Source: Planctomycetota bacterium
GTDB taxonomy: Bacteria > Planctomycetota > JAJSAM01 > JAJVHW01
Reading direction: 5' to 3'
DNA length: 64,000 bases
NCBI GenBank assembly: GCA_965248445.1
Contig: CBDFJG010000003.1
Coordinates: 1-64,000 of the forward strand
This document shows, in pieces, positions 1 to 9,917 of the stretch (the stretch's first letter is position 1; every line of letters starts with the position of its first letter). Position numbers and translations under genes: made by a program. The notes under the pieces are model-generated. The model was not told where the DNA came from. It made no database searches and saw only the letters and a program-made list of their open reading frames with translations.

Positions 1-411
1 GGCGCGATCGACTTCCTACGCGGACACGAGGCCTGCGGCAGCGCGCGGGTCGGCGCGATGGGGTTCTGCCTCGGCGGCCAGCTCGCGCTCTACGGCGCGT
101 GCGAGAACGGCAGCTCCGTCGGCGCGTGCGTGAATTTCTACGGAGTGCATCCCAAGATCCAGCCCGACGTCGCGAGCCTCGATTGCCCCGTGCTCGGCCT
201 GTTTGCGGAGAAGGACGGCTTCGTCACGCAGGAGGTCGTCGATGGACTGTCCTCGCGCCTCTCCGCGGCCGGCAAGGCGCACGAGTTCAAGACGTACGGG
301 GGCGTCGACCACGCGTTCTTCAACGACACGCGACCCGACGTCTACGACGAGGCCGCCGCCCGCGACGCGTGGGACCGCACCATCGCGTTCCTCCGCGCGC
401 ACGTGGCCTAG
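1..411 (+). CDS. Dienelactone hydrolase family protein (5' partial)
   Basis: Frame open from base 1; nucleophile motif GFCLGG and HAFFND catalytic His motif. Confidence 0.9.
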   Translation, partial: GAIDFLRGHEACGSARVGAMGFCLGGQLALYGACENGSSVGACVNFYGVHPKIQPDVASLDCPVLGLFAEKDGFVTQEVVDGLSSRLSAAGKAHEFKTYGGVDHAFFNDTRPDVYDEAAARDAWDRTIAFLRAHVA

Positions 412-448
412 GCGGGCTGCGGCTGCGCGGGCGATGCGGAGCAACGCA

Positions 449-562
449 CGTGACCGCAGCCCTCCGTAGCGTCCGGAGGCGCGTAGGAGGGAGACATGCG
501 CCCGCAGCGTGGCCCTCCCGCTGCTGGGCGGGGCGCTCTCTCACGGATCGCCTTGCGATCCG
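449..562. repeat. REP-like palindromic intergenic repeat, copy 1
   Basis: cgtgaccgcagccctccgtagcgtccggagg(a)cgcgtaggagggagacatgcgcccg..gcgtggcc is near-identical to 3909-3975; followed by a ggatcgc..gcgatcc hairpin; lies between convergent genes. Confidence 0.8.
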
Positions 563-585
563 AAGGCCCCGCGCACGGACGCCCT

Positions 586-1791
586 CTAGATGAGGATCAG
601 CGGGGCCTCGACCTCGTCGGGCGTGAGGCCACCGTGCGTCGCGGCGAGGTCGAGCATTCCGGTGCGGCCGACGGGCACGACGTCCATGGCCGCCTCTCCG
701 CGGCTGAGCGCCAGAAAATCGCCCATGCGTTCGCGGACCACGTCCGGCACACGTCCCGGTCCCAGCAGCTCGAGCTCCTCGACCTCGGCAGTCGTCAGCA
801 GGAAGAAATCGTCGCCGTAGCGCGCGCGAAAGCCCTCCTCGAACGCGCCGTGCCGGCCGGCGCGCACACGGAACCAGAGGAAGTGGGTCTCACCCGACGG
901 CGGCGCCGACAACTCCTGCCCCAGAGAGTCGTCGGGGTCGATGCGGAAGCACTTCGCGGGCACGCGATCGACGTGCCCGTGGTCGGCAGTCACGATGATG
1001 CGCGCCACTCCGGCCAGTTCGTCCGCCAGCCGCGCCGTGGCCGCCTCCACCGCGGCGATCTCGGCCCACACTTCGGGACTGGTCGTGCCGAAGGCGTGCG
1101 CCGTGCCGTCGACCCCCGGGTAGTAGAGGTACGAGAACGTCGGCCCTCCACCGCTTCGCACACGCGCGATCACGCGAGTCACCGCGGCGTCGAGCGCCGG
1201 GTAGCCATGGAAGTCCTCCGACCGGACCAGCCGCGAGGACGCGGGAGTCGTCGAGAGGTGCCCCGGCAGCAGCGCCTCGACGTCTCGTGTGCAGCGGTCG
1301 AACGAACTCGGCGCGATGAAGATCTCGTCCGGGTCCACACCGAGTTCCGCCAGTTCGCGGCCGTCGCACACGCGCACCCACGGATACGGCACGATCGGTT
1401 CACCCAAGCTCATCGCGTGCACACGCCAACCGATGAACCCATGCCGCGCCGGCCACAACCCGGTCTGGATCGCCGTCAGGTTCGGGCCGGTGGACGACGG
1501 GAACGCGGACCGGAGAGCGCCGGTCATCTGGCGCTTGCAGATCGTGGCGTCGTCCATCTTCTCGACGAAGTTGCGTCCGAACCCGTCCGCTACGAAGAGC
1601 ACCATGTGATCGTGCTCGCCAATCTGCTCCGCGAGCGCGTCGGCGACCGGATCAGCGAGGCGAGCCGTGTCGCCGGCGAGACCGGTCACCGCGCGCGAGA
1701 GCGCAACCAGGTTCGGCTCGGCCGGATCCGGACGGAGCAGCGTTCCGTCCCCGAACGCGGCGAGCAGCGCCGTCACGTCTCCGGCACTCAC
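586..1791 (-). CDS. Alkaline phosphatase superfamily / nucleotide pyrophosphatase-phosphodiesterase
   Basis: Motifs VADGFG, FPSST, DGTAH, TADHGH, HGGLT; GTG start overlaps the stop of the upstream gene (GTGA). Confidence 0.85.
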   Translation of the reverse strand: MSAGDVTALLAAFGDGTLLRPDPAEPNLVALSRAVTGLAGDTARLADPVADALAEQIGEHDHMVLFVADGFGRNFVEKMDDATICKRQMTGALRSAFPSSTGPNLTAIQTGLWPARHGFIGWRVHAMSLGEPIVPYPWVRVCDGRELAELGVDPDEIFIAPSSFDRCTRDVEALLPGHLSTTPASSRLVRSEDFHGYPALDAAVTRVIARVRSGGGPTFSYLYYPGVDGTAHAFGTTSPEVWAEIAAVEAATARLADELAGVARIIVTADHGHVDRVPAKCFRIDPDDSLGQELSAPPSGETHFLWFRVRAGRHGAFEEGFRARYGDDFFLLTTAEVEELELLGPGRVPDVVRERMGDFLALSRGEAAMDVVPVGRTGMLDLAATHGGLTPDEVEAPLILI

Positions 1792-2966
1792 GGGGTCTCG
1801 CCTCCGGGCGCTCGTGCGTACACGACAGCGTAGCCGTCCACGCGCTCGATCACGCCGCCGCCGAAGAACCGCTCGATGATCTCGGCAACGCCGTCGACGC
1901 CGCGCCCGTCCCTGACGACCATGGCGACGCGACCGCCGGCACGGACCAGCCGCCGGGCCGTGCCGGCGAACGACTCGGCAATGCGCCACCCGCTGAAGTA
2001 CGGCGGGTTGGCGAGCGCCAGCGCGACACCGCGCTCCCCCATGTCGGGCAGGTCCTCGAGATCCGCCCGCACGACGGCCTGGACGCGATCTGCCACTCCG
2101 AGCAGTTCCGTGTTCTTCTGCGCGCACTCGATCGCGCGGGCGTTGCTGTCGACAAGCAGCACGCGCGCGTCCGGCAACCGCAACGCGGCGTACAGGCCGA
2201 GAGCGCCGCAGCCCGCGCCCAGATCCAGGACGGCGTCGGCCGTACCGGGATGCAGCCACTCGGCCAGGGCGCGCGTGCCCGCGTCTAAGCGGCGGTACGC
2301 GAAAGTGCCCGGCCGCGTCACGATGTCGAGCGACGTGCTGCCGTCGTCATCGCCATGGCGGATCACGGCCCGAACGCTGTGAGAGCGGTCCTTCAGCACC
2401 TGTGCCTCGCGCTTGCGTTCGGCATAGAACGCGCCACCCTTGCGCCGTCCCTGTCCGGCCGGTGTGACGTTGCGGAACACCTTCTCCACGGCCTTGCGGA
2501 GTGCCTCCGTCTTGCCGTCCGTGGCGGCGATCATGCGTCCGCCGACGCGCAGCGCGTCGTGGGACGCCTCCAACAGGTCCCACATGAGCTGTGACTCGCC
2601 TGCCGCCGGGAACGGCAGCGCGATCACGTCGAACGGCCCCGCGGGCAAGTCGGCGGCGGCCGTGATCTCGACCCCGTCGACGCGATTGTCATGGAGCACA
2701 CGCCGCACCTTGGCCGCGACGTACGCGTCGAGGTGGAACCACTCGACCGGCGCATCCGGCCAGATGCTGCGGGCTGCCATCGCCACGCCGCCCTCGCTGT
2801 CCATCCCGGTGAGTGTCCGGTCGGGCGGGTGCGCGGGCAGCGCCTCGACCAGGAAGCGCTGACAGTCGCCGAGCCCACGAGGCGACAGAAACGTCACGGC
2901 CCCGCCGCGCAGCTGGTCGCGTCTGTCGTCGCGGGCGCGCGGCCCTCCGAGTCGGAACGTGGTCAC
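1788..2966 (-). CDS. Class I SAM-dependent methyltransferase (RsmC/MTS-like)
   Basis: PGTF..RLDAGT, LDLGAGCG and NPPY motifs; GAGGGG RBS before the GTG start. Confidence 0.85.
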   Translation of the reverse strand: MTTFRLGGPRARDDRRDQLRGGAVTFLSPRGLGDCQRFLVEALPAHPPDRTLTGMDSEGGVAMAARSIWPDAPVEWFHLDAYVAAKVRRVLHDNRVDGVEITAAADLPAGPFDVIALPFPAAGESQLMWDLLEASHDALRVGGRMIAATDGKTEALRKAVEKVFRNVTPAGQGRRKGGAFYAERKREAQVLKDRSHSVRAVIRHGDDDGSTSLDIVTRPGTFAYRRLDAGTRALAEWLHPGTADAVLDLGAGCGALGLYAALRLPDARVLLVDSNARAIECAQKNTELLGVADRVQAVVRADLEDLPDMGERGVALALANPPYFSGWRIAESFAGTARRLVRAGGRVAMVVRDGRGVDGVAEIIERFFGGGVIERVDGYAVVYARAPGGETP

Positions 2967-3063
2967 ACAGAACCCCTCATGCAGCTCCCCACCCCAACAG
3001 CCCTTCCTTCCCCCAAGATGGGCCTTGCGACGTTACGCGATCCCCGGCAAGTTCGAACGGGAA

Positions 3064-3702
3064 GTGGACGGACACGAAAAGCGACGCCAGAAGATGGTCT
3101 CGGAGCAGCTCCAGGCGCGGGGCGTGACGGATGCGCGGGTACTCGCCGCCATGTCGGCCGTGCCGCGGCAGGACTTCGTGCCCGCATCCCAGCAGTTCGC
3201 GGCGTACGACGACCGCCCACTCCAGATCGGCCAGGGCCAGACGATCTCGCAGCCGTACGTCGTGGCCGTGACGCTCGCGGCAGCGGCCATCCAGCCGACG
3301 GACCGGGTGCTCGACGTGGGCACGGGGTCGGGCTACGCGGCGGCCGTCGCCGCGGGTCTGGCCGCTGAGGTCTTCAGCATCGAGCGCGTGCCGGAGCTCG
3401 CCGAGCAGGCGCGGGAGCGGCTGCGTCGTACGGGGTTCGACCGTGTCCATGTCATCACGGGCGACGGCACACTCGGGCATCCAGACGGTGCGCCCTACGA
3501 CGCGATCGTCGCCGCCGCCGCCGGACCGCATGTACCGGCAGCGTGGAAGGAACAGCTCCGTGACGGCGGCCGAATCGTGGCACCGATCGGCCCGCGCGGC
3601 GGACAGACGCTCGTTGTCATCACGCGAAGCGGCGAGGAGTTCACGGAGCGCAACTTGCTCGACGTCTCGTACGTGCCGCTGATCGGCGATGACGGGTACT
3701 GA
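3064..3702 (+). CDS. pcm: Protein-L-isoaspartate O-methyltransferase
   Basis: AYDDRPLQIGQGQTISQPY, VLDVGTGSGY and APYDAI motifs; start uncertain (3064 or 3094). Confidence 0.92.
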   Translation: MDGHEKRRQKMVSEQLQARGVTDARVLAAMSAVPRQDFVPASQQFAAYDDRPLQIGQGQTISQPYVVAVTLAAAAIQPTDRVLDVGTGSGYAAAVAAGLAAEVFSIERVPELAEQARERLRRTGFDRVHVITGDGTLGHPDGAPYDAIVAAAAGPHVPAAWKEQLRDGGRIVAPIGPRGGQTLVVITRSGEEFTERNLLDVSYVPLIGDDGY

Positions 3703-3908
3703 CCGTCCGCACGTCGGTGACGCGCGCGCGCGGGGGTGGAACCCCGCCCCTAGAGCCGTGCGGCACTCGTTGCGCGAATCGCGTAGGGGTGAGCGACGGT
3801 GCCGCGAAGCGGCAGCCGAAGCGTCCGGTGGACGGTTCGGCAGGAGTGAACGCGCAGCGGAGGCGGAACGCCGGAGCGGAGTGGCACCGCGGGTTGCGAA
3901 GCAAGGCG

Positions 3909-3995
3909 CGTGACCGCAGCCCTCCGTAGCGTCCGGAGGACGCGTAGGAGGGAGACATGCGCCCGAAGCGTGGCCGAGGATCGCCGCGCGATCCG
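3909..3995. repeat. REP-like palindromic intergenic repeat, copy 2
   Basis: Near-identical to 449-514 plus the same second hairpin; between convergent genes. Confidence 0.8.
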
Positions 3996-4017
3996 CAGGC
4001 GACGCGCGCGGGCGCGC

Positions 4018-5907
4018 CTAGACGATCCGGAGGATCAGATGCACGGTCGGCGTGAGCTGATACCAGTCGAGGTCCGCGCCGATCACCGAGAGTCGGCGCC
4101 CGTCGCTGTCGTCGAGCAGCAAGCCGAGTCCCACGGCAGCCATCGCGCGCGCAAGTGCCGGACGCTTCTGGTTCTTCAGCAGGGTCAAGAGAGTGCGGCC
4201 GGACTCGTCTCCGCCGATCCGTCCGATCGCGACAGCCGCGCTGCTCGTCAGGAACAGTGATGCGCCGCCCTCGATCTGCTCGCGCAGAGCTCGCGTGGCC
4301 TGCACGTCACCGAGCATGCCGAGCGCCAATGCGGACTCTTTGCGCAGTCCCGGGTCGTTCTCGTTAGCGAGGACGTCGCGCAAGGGCGGCACGGCGTTGA
4401 TGTCGCCGATCAGGCCGAGCGCCAGCGCAGCGTGCGAGCGCAGCTGGGGATCGCCCCCATCGGTGACGATCTTCAGGAGTTCGGGCACGGCGCGCGCCTC
4501 GCGCGCGATGCCGCAGGCGATCGCGAGCGGCGCGCGGCCCTCCGCACTGGAGATCCGCTCGAGGTCGCGAACCAGTGGAAGCGCCGCTCCCTCGTGACCG
4601 GGATGACGCGCGAGGAGTCCCAGACCAAGCGCGGCGAACGGTACGAGTCGGCTGCTGCCCTTCTTGAATGCGCGGGTGAGCGCGATCTCGGCGCGGTCGT
4701 GACCGAGCCTCCCGAGTGAGAGAGCGGCGGCGTGCTGGACACTGTCGTTCTTGTCGCGCGCGAGCACCCGGATCAACGCATCGGCCGTGTCGTCGTCCTG
4801 CGCGTCGCCGAGCACGGCCAGAGCGAGCACTGCCGCGCGCCGCACGTCGGCGCTCTTGTCGCGGGTCGCGTCCCGCAGCACGGGCAGCGCCTCGGTCGCG
4901 CCGGACTTGGCGAGCGCATGCGCGGCGTAGACCCGGCGCAACGAGTCGTTGCCACGGCGGCGCTTCGTGCTCTCGAGATACGAAATCAGCTCCGGCGTCG
5001 TCAGCTCGTGTCCGCCCAGACCGAGCGCCGACACAGCCGCCGCGGGCACGTCGCCGCTTGCTGACTTGCGTTCCGCGACGTCGATCAGCAACGGCGCGGA
5101 CGCCGTGGCGCCCCGCAAGCCGAGCGCGTAGAGCGACATGGCACGCAAGCGCTCGGACTCCCGCTTACCTGCAGCCATCTCCTCGAGCGTGCGGCGCACT
5201 TCCTCGGACGATGCCCCCGGCGCGTCGCGCAGGAGGCCGAGCGCCAGCGCAGCCGCCTCACGTACCGAGCCCTGACGCTTCCGATCGCGCACGACCGCGA
5301 GCAGCGCCGGCGCCGACGTCGGGTCGCCGTCCTTGCCGAGCGCGATCGCCGCGCTGTTCGCAATGTCCTCGCTTTTGTCGCCCAGCGCCTCGGTCAACGC
5401 GAGCCGCACCTCTTCACGGAACAGCTCGGACCGGCCGGCACGCGCACCAGGCGTGACGGCGCCTGAGCGTTCGGCCGCCCGTGTGCGCCAGTCGCACACG
5501 TCGCGGCGGTTGGCGAACCACCAGTACGTCCACTGCGCCGGAGAGTCTGTCCCACCGGGCGCGCGCCTTCTCCCGCTCCGCGACATGGGCTGTCCGCCGG
5601 GAGGTGCGCCGTTGCTCGGCGGCTGCCGTGGGCCACCGGTCGTCGGTCCCGATCCGTCGTCGCCGCCACCGGTCGCAGGGGCCTTGCCCGGACCGCCACC
5701 GACGTCCGTGCCCCCGCCGGTGGTCGGTCCACCACCGTCGTCCCCGCCACCGGTCCCGGGCGCGCCGCCGGAGCGCGGTGCCGGTGGTACCCCGCCCCTC
5801 AGTTCCGGGGGAGGCGGCGGCGGCGGCGGCTCCGTCTCGCCGCTGTGGCCCCGCGCTTGTGGCGCGAGCAGTGCGAGTAACACGGCGAGAGATAGGGAGC
5901 GGTGCAT
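4018..5907 (-). CDS. Secreted HEAT-repeat protein with Gly/Pro-rich linker
   Basis: Signal peptide MHRSLSLAVLLALLAPQARG; GGPTTGG repeats; many R..AALALG HEAT units. Confidence 0.85.
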   Translation of the reverse strand: MHRSLSLAVLLALLAPQARGHSGETEPPPPPPPPELRGGVPPAPRSGGAPGTGGGDDGGGPTTGGGTDVGGGPGKAPATGGGDDGSGPTTGGPRQPPSNGAPPGGQPMSRSGRRRAPGGTDSPAQWTYWWFANRRDVCDWRTRAAERSGAVTPGARAGRSELFREEVRLALTEALGDKSEDIANSAAIALGKDGDPTSAPALLAVVRDRKRQGSVREAAALALGLLRDAPGASSEEVRRTLEEMAAGKRESERLRAMSLYALGLRGATASAPLLIDVAERKSASGDVPAAAVSALGLGGHELTTPELISYLESTKRRRGNDSLRRVYAAHALAKSGATEALPVLRDATRDKSADVRRAAVLALAVLGDAQDDDTADALIRVLARDKNDSVQHAAALSLGRLGHDRAEIALTRAFKKGSSRLVPFAALGLGLLARHPGHEGAALPLVRDLERISSAEGRAPLAIACGIAREARAVPELLKIVTDGGDPQLRSHAALALGLIGDINAVPPLRDVLANENDPGLRKESALALGMLGDVQATRALREQIEGGASLFLTSSAAVAIGRIGGDESGRTLLTLLKNQKRPALARAMAAVGLGLLLDDSDGRRLSVIGADLDWYQLTPTVHLILRIV

Positions 5908-5909
5908 GT

Positions 5910-7780
5910 TCAGAGGATCGTCATCACCTCGTGCACGGCGGACGTGCGGAGATACCAATCGAGGTCCGCGCCGATCACGGAGAGGCGCTTGCCCTCGCTC
6001 TCGTCGAGCATCAGACCCAGTCCCACGGCAGCCATTCCGCGCGCGAGGTTCGGCCGGCTCTCGTCCTTCATGAGGTCGAGGAGCGCGCGCCCAGACGAGT
6101 TGCCGCCGATGTGGCCGAGTGCCACGGCGGCGCTGCCCGAGACGTACACCGAACCGCCGTCCTCGATGATCTCACGGAGAATGCGGACCGCCTGCACGTC
6201 GCCGAGCATTCCGAGCGCGAGCGCGCACTCTCGGCGCAGCGCGGGGTCGTGCTCGTCCTCGAGCACCTTCCGCAGCACGGGCACTGCCTCGTCGTCACCG
6301 ATGAGACCCAGCGCCAGCGCCGCGTGTCCGCGCAGTGCGATGTCGCCCTTCGTGACAACTTCGCGGAGTGCCGGCGCGGCGCGCTTCTCACGCGCCAGAC
6401 CGCACGCGATCGCGAACGGCGCGCGCACCTCGGAGTTCGATCGCGCGGCGAACGCGCGGGCCACGGGAAGCGCGGCGTTTTCGTGACCCGGCTGCCGTGC
6501 GAGCAGCCCGAGGCCGAGTGCTGCGTACGGGACCATGCCCGAGTCGCCCTTCTCGAACGCCTTGGTCAGGGCGTGCTCCGCGCGGTCGTGCCCCACGCGC
6601 CCGAGCGCCAGCGCGGCGGCGTGTTGCACCCCGTCGTTCTTGTCTCTCAGGAGAACGCGGATGAGCGCGTCGTGCGTGTCGTCGTCGTCGGGAGTGCCGA
6701 TCGCGCCGAGAGCGAGCACCGCGGCGCGACGCACGTCGGAATCGCTGTCGCGCGCGGCGCGGCGCAGCGCGGGCAGGGCGTCCGTGGCGCCGGCTCGGGC
6801 TAGTGCGTGCGCCGCATAGACGCGCCGGACGCGGTCCTTGCGGCGTGAGCGGCTCGTGCCTTCCAGGTATCCGATCAACTCGGGCACCACCAGGTCGTGT
6901 CCGCCGATGCCGAGCGAGGAGACGGCCGCTGCCGGCACGTCCCACGTCGGCGACGCCTGCGACGCGACGTCGAGCAGCACCGGTGCCGAGGCCATCTCGC
7001 CGCGCAACCCGAGTCCGTAGAGCGCCATCGCACGCAGTCGATCGGACTCCCGCCGATTGGTGGCGATCTCGGTCAGGCCGCGTCTGGCGGAGTCGGAGCC
7101 CGCTCCGGCTTCGACGCGCAACAGCCCGAGCGCGAGAGCCGCGGCCTCGCGTACCTGCCGTTGACGGCGCCCGTCACGGAGCACGTCCATCAGGGCGGAG
7201 CCGGACGCGGGATCTCCGTCCTTGCCCAGCGCGATCGCAGCGCCGGATGCGATGTCCTCGTCCTTGTGCGTGAGCGATGCCGAGAGATGCGCCCGCGCCT
7301 CCGCGCGGAACATCACGTCGGATGCGTCTTCGCGACCGGGCGTGAGGTCACGGGAGCGCTCGGCAGCCCGTGCACGCCAGTCCATCAACTGCATTCGGTT
7401 CGCGTACCACCAGTTCGACCAATGCTGGTCGCTCAGCGCCGCGGACACGGGACGCCCCGCGCGGCCACGGGTGATTCGCGGAGGAGCGCCCCGGCACCGC
7501 CGCCGGTGATCGGTCCGGGACCGCCGCCACCGCCGACCGTCGGGCCACTCCCGGCGCCGGGACCGCCGCCCGTCGTCGGACCGCCACCGCCACCACCACC
7601 GGTGATCGGTCCCTTGCCGGGATCGCCGCCGCCGGTGGTCGGACCGCCATCGCGACCGACGTCGGGCGGCACGCCGCCGCGGGGTTGCGGAGGTGGCGGC
7701 TGATACGCGCCGCCGTGCGCGTACGCGAGCGAGGTCGCGAGGCCGAGCGTGAGCGCGGCGAGGATGTGGCTGCGGCGCAT
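5910..7780 (-). CDS. Secreted HEAT-repeat protein paralogue (frameshift near 7490)
   Basis: N-terminus MRRSHILAALTLG (GGAG RBS) is in one frame and the HEAT body in another; colinear with 4018-5907. Confidence 0.8.
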
Positions 7781-7828
7781 CCGTATCTCCGTGGGTCGGG
7801 GCGCGAAAATCCGCACCCCTCGCGAGTC

Positions 7829-9363
7829 GTACCTGTTCAGCCCTTGATCTGACCGAGGATCCAGATTGTTCCGACGCGGGTCGATGAAGAGTGTGTGGGC
7901 ACCGACGAGTTGCGCGAGCTGGTCGAGCGGATGTCGCGTCGGCTGAACGACGCGGAGGAGACGATCGCGTCGCAAGCGGAGGTGATCGAGCGTCAGGCAG
8001 CCCGCATCGACGAGCTCGAGAGCCGATTGCGACGCGACTCCCGCACATCGTCGCGGCCGCCCTCGTCGGACCCGTCGTGGTCCAAGAGGCGGCGGCGGCG
8101 CAAGCCGCCGTCTGACAAGAAGCAGGGTGCGCAGTCGGGTCACGAGGGCACGACGCGCCAGCTCGTGGACGAGTCCGAGGTCGATGATGTCCAGGACCAC
8201 CGTCCGCAGGAGTGCAGCTCCTGCGGTAGCGGCGCACTCATTGCGGTCGATCGTGCCCCCACGCGGCAGCAGGTCTTCGCGCTACCGCCGCGACTGGTCC
8301 ACGTGACCGAGCACCGGCTGCACCGCGCTCGCTGCACAGGGTGTGGGATGACGTCCACGGGGCGTCTGCCCGATGGCGTCACCGCCAGTCCCTTCGGTCC
8401 ACGGCTCACCGCACTGACTGCCTCGCTGGTCGGAGTCTTCCGGCTGTCGCGGCGGGAGACGAGCCGCCTGCTGCGCGACGTGATCGGCGTGTCGATGTCG
8501 CCCGGCACCGTGAGCGCCATCGAGGAGCGGGTGTCGGGTGCGCTGTCCTCCGCGCACCTCGAGGCACTGGGTGCCGTGCGCACGAGCCGGGTCGCTCACG
8601 TGGACGAAACACCGTGGCCTCGTCGCGGCGTCCTGCACTGGCTGTGGAGCGCGGTCAGCGAGCACGCAGTGGTCCACCGGATCGATCGTCGTCGCAGCGC
8701 CAAGGCCATGCGACGACTCATCGGTCGCCGTTACCGCGGCGTCCTGGTCACCGACCGCATGGGCGCCTACGACCGGCACCCGACCGAGCGTCGCCAGATC
8801 TGCTGGGCGCACCTTGAGCGCGACTTTCGCTCGCTTGCGGAGGGACGATCTGGCGAGCGTCGCTTCGGCAAGAGCGCGGTCTCGCTCGCCCAGGCCGTCA
8901 TGCGAGCGCATCGCCGCTTGGGTGAGCACGGGGACCGCGCAAGGATGCAGCGAGAGCTGCGCCCGACGTGGTCGCGACTGATCGACTTGCTCGTACGCGG
9001 GGCGGACAGCAAGCAGCGTCGAGTCCGCGGGATCAGTCGTCATCTGCTCGCAAGAGCCGAGGCACTTTGGTCCTTCGCCGACGTGCCGGGTGTCTCCCCG
9101 ACCAACAACATCGCCGAGCGCGCCGTGCGCAAACCAGTGCTCTGGCGCCGCGGCACCCACGGCAGCCAGAGCGAGCGAGGACTGCGCTTCGTCGAGCGCA
9201 TCTTGACCGTCACCGCCACCTGCCGGCAGCGCGGCGACAACGTCTTCGACTACCTCGTCGCCGCCACCAGCGCCGCCGGGCTCGGGCAACCGCCGCCGAC
9301 TCTCGTCGCGCTGCCGATCAGTCGCTGAGCACGGGGCTGCTCACTCATGACCTGAACAGGTAC
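7829..9363 (+). mobile_element. IS66-family insertion sequence (single-ORF type)
   Basis: Perfect 12-bp terminal inverted repeats GTACCTGTTCAG / CTGAACAGGTAC around a transposase. Confidence 0.85.
7895..9328 (+). CDS. IS66 transposase
   Basis: Coiled coil, SSRPPSSD, CxxC Zn finger, HVDET, VTDR, QICWAHL and TNNIAERAVR motifs. Confidence 0.93.
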   Translation: MGTDELRELVERMSRRLNDAEETIASQAEVIERQAARIDELESRLRRDSRTSSRPPSSDPSWSKRRRRRKPPSDKKQGAQSGHEGTTRQLVDESEVDDVQDHRPQECSSCGSGALIAVDRAPTRQQVFALPPRLVHVTEHRLHRARCTGCGMTSTGRLPDGVTASPFGPRLTALTASLVGVFRLSRRETSRLLRDVIGVSMSPGTVSAIEERVSGALSSAHLEALGAVRTSRVAHVDETPWPRRGVLHWLWSAVSEHAVVHRIDRRRSAKAMRRLIGRRYRGVLVTDRMGAYDRHPTERRQICWAHLERDFRSLAEGRSGERRFGKSAVSLAQAVMRAHRRLGEHGDRARMQRELRPTWSRLIDLLVRGADSKQRRVRGISRHLLARAEALWSFADVPGVSPTNNIAERAVRKPVLWRRGTHGSQSERGLRFVERILTVTATCRQRGDNVFDYLVAATSAAGLGQPPPTLVALPISR

Positions 9364-9917
9364 CGAGGCGTTTCGGCTGGAACGCGGCCGGTTCGAGGTG
9401 CTCGACTGCGCCGGGGGACGTTAGCCTCAGGCTTGAGGTGGCGCAACCGTTGGTGCATCCGCTCCTCGGCACCGGCGAACGCGATGCGCTCGATGTTCCT
9501 GGGACCGGACGGAGTCGCTTGACCACCTCCGGGAACGGACGATCGCGCGCCGGCAGGCGTTGTGGAACGACGAGAACGGCTCCGGACCGCGCTGACGCTA
9601 CCGGCGACCGTCCGCCGCCACCCCTGTTCGGCGCGATCCGAGGCCGGGAAAGTACCGAGAGGTTCTGGACCTTCGGGACTGCGGGACTGCACCCCGTTGA
9701 CGGCGTCGGCGCAGCCTTTTCTCCACTTCTGTGCGTTCAGTCTCTCCGGACTCCGCTCTCCACGACGATCGTCGCGCTCGGATCACTCGTGCTTGCTACC
9801 TTGGCAGCGAAGCTCCTCTCGGTTCGACGTCTTCGCATGGAAGTACCTGAGCACCAGACTCTGGGTCTTCAGCGGAGGCGTCGAGTCGTCGCATTGGAGC
9901 GCGACGGGAGATGCGCC

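Noticed and set aside
7781..8237. HEAT ORF extending into the IS66 (775-aa call)
   Set aside because: Artefact of the frameshift; the real start is the signal-peptide ATG at 7780.
9364..9917. N-terminal extension of the glycosyltransferase or a hidden gene
   Set aside because: No recognisable motifs; the ATG at 9918 has an RBS and fits the family's N-terminus.
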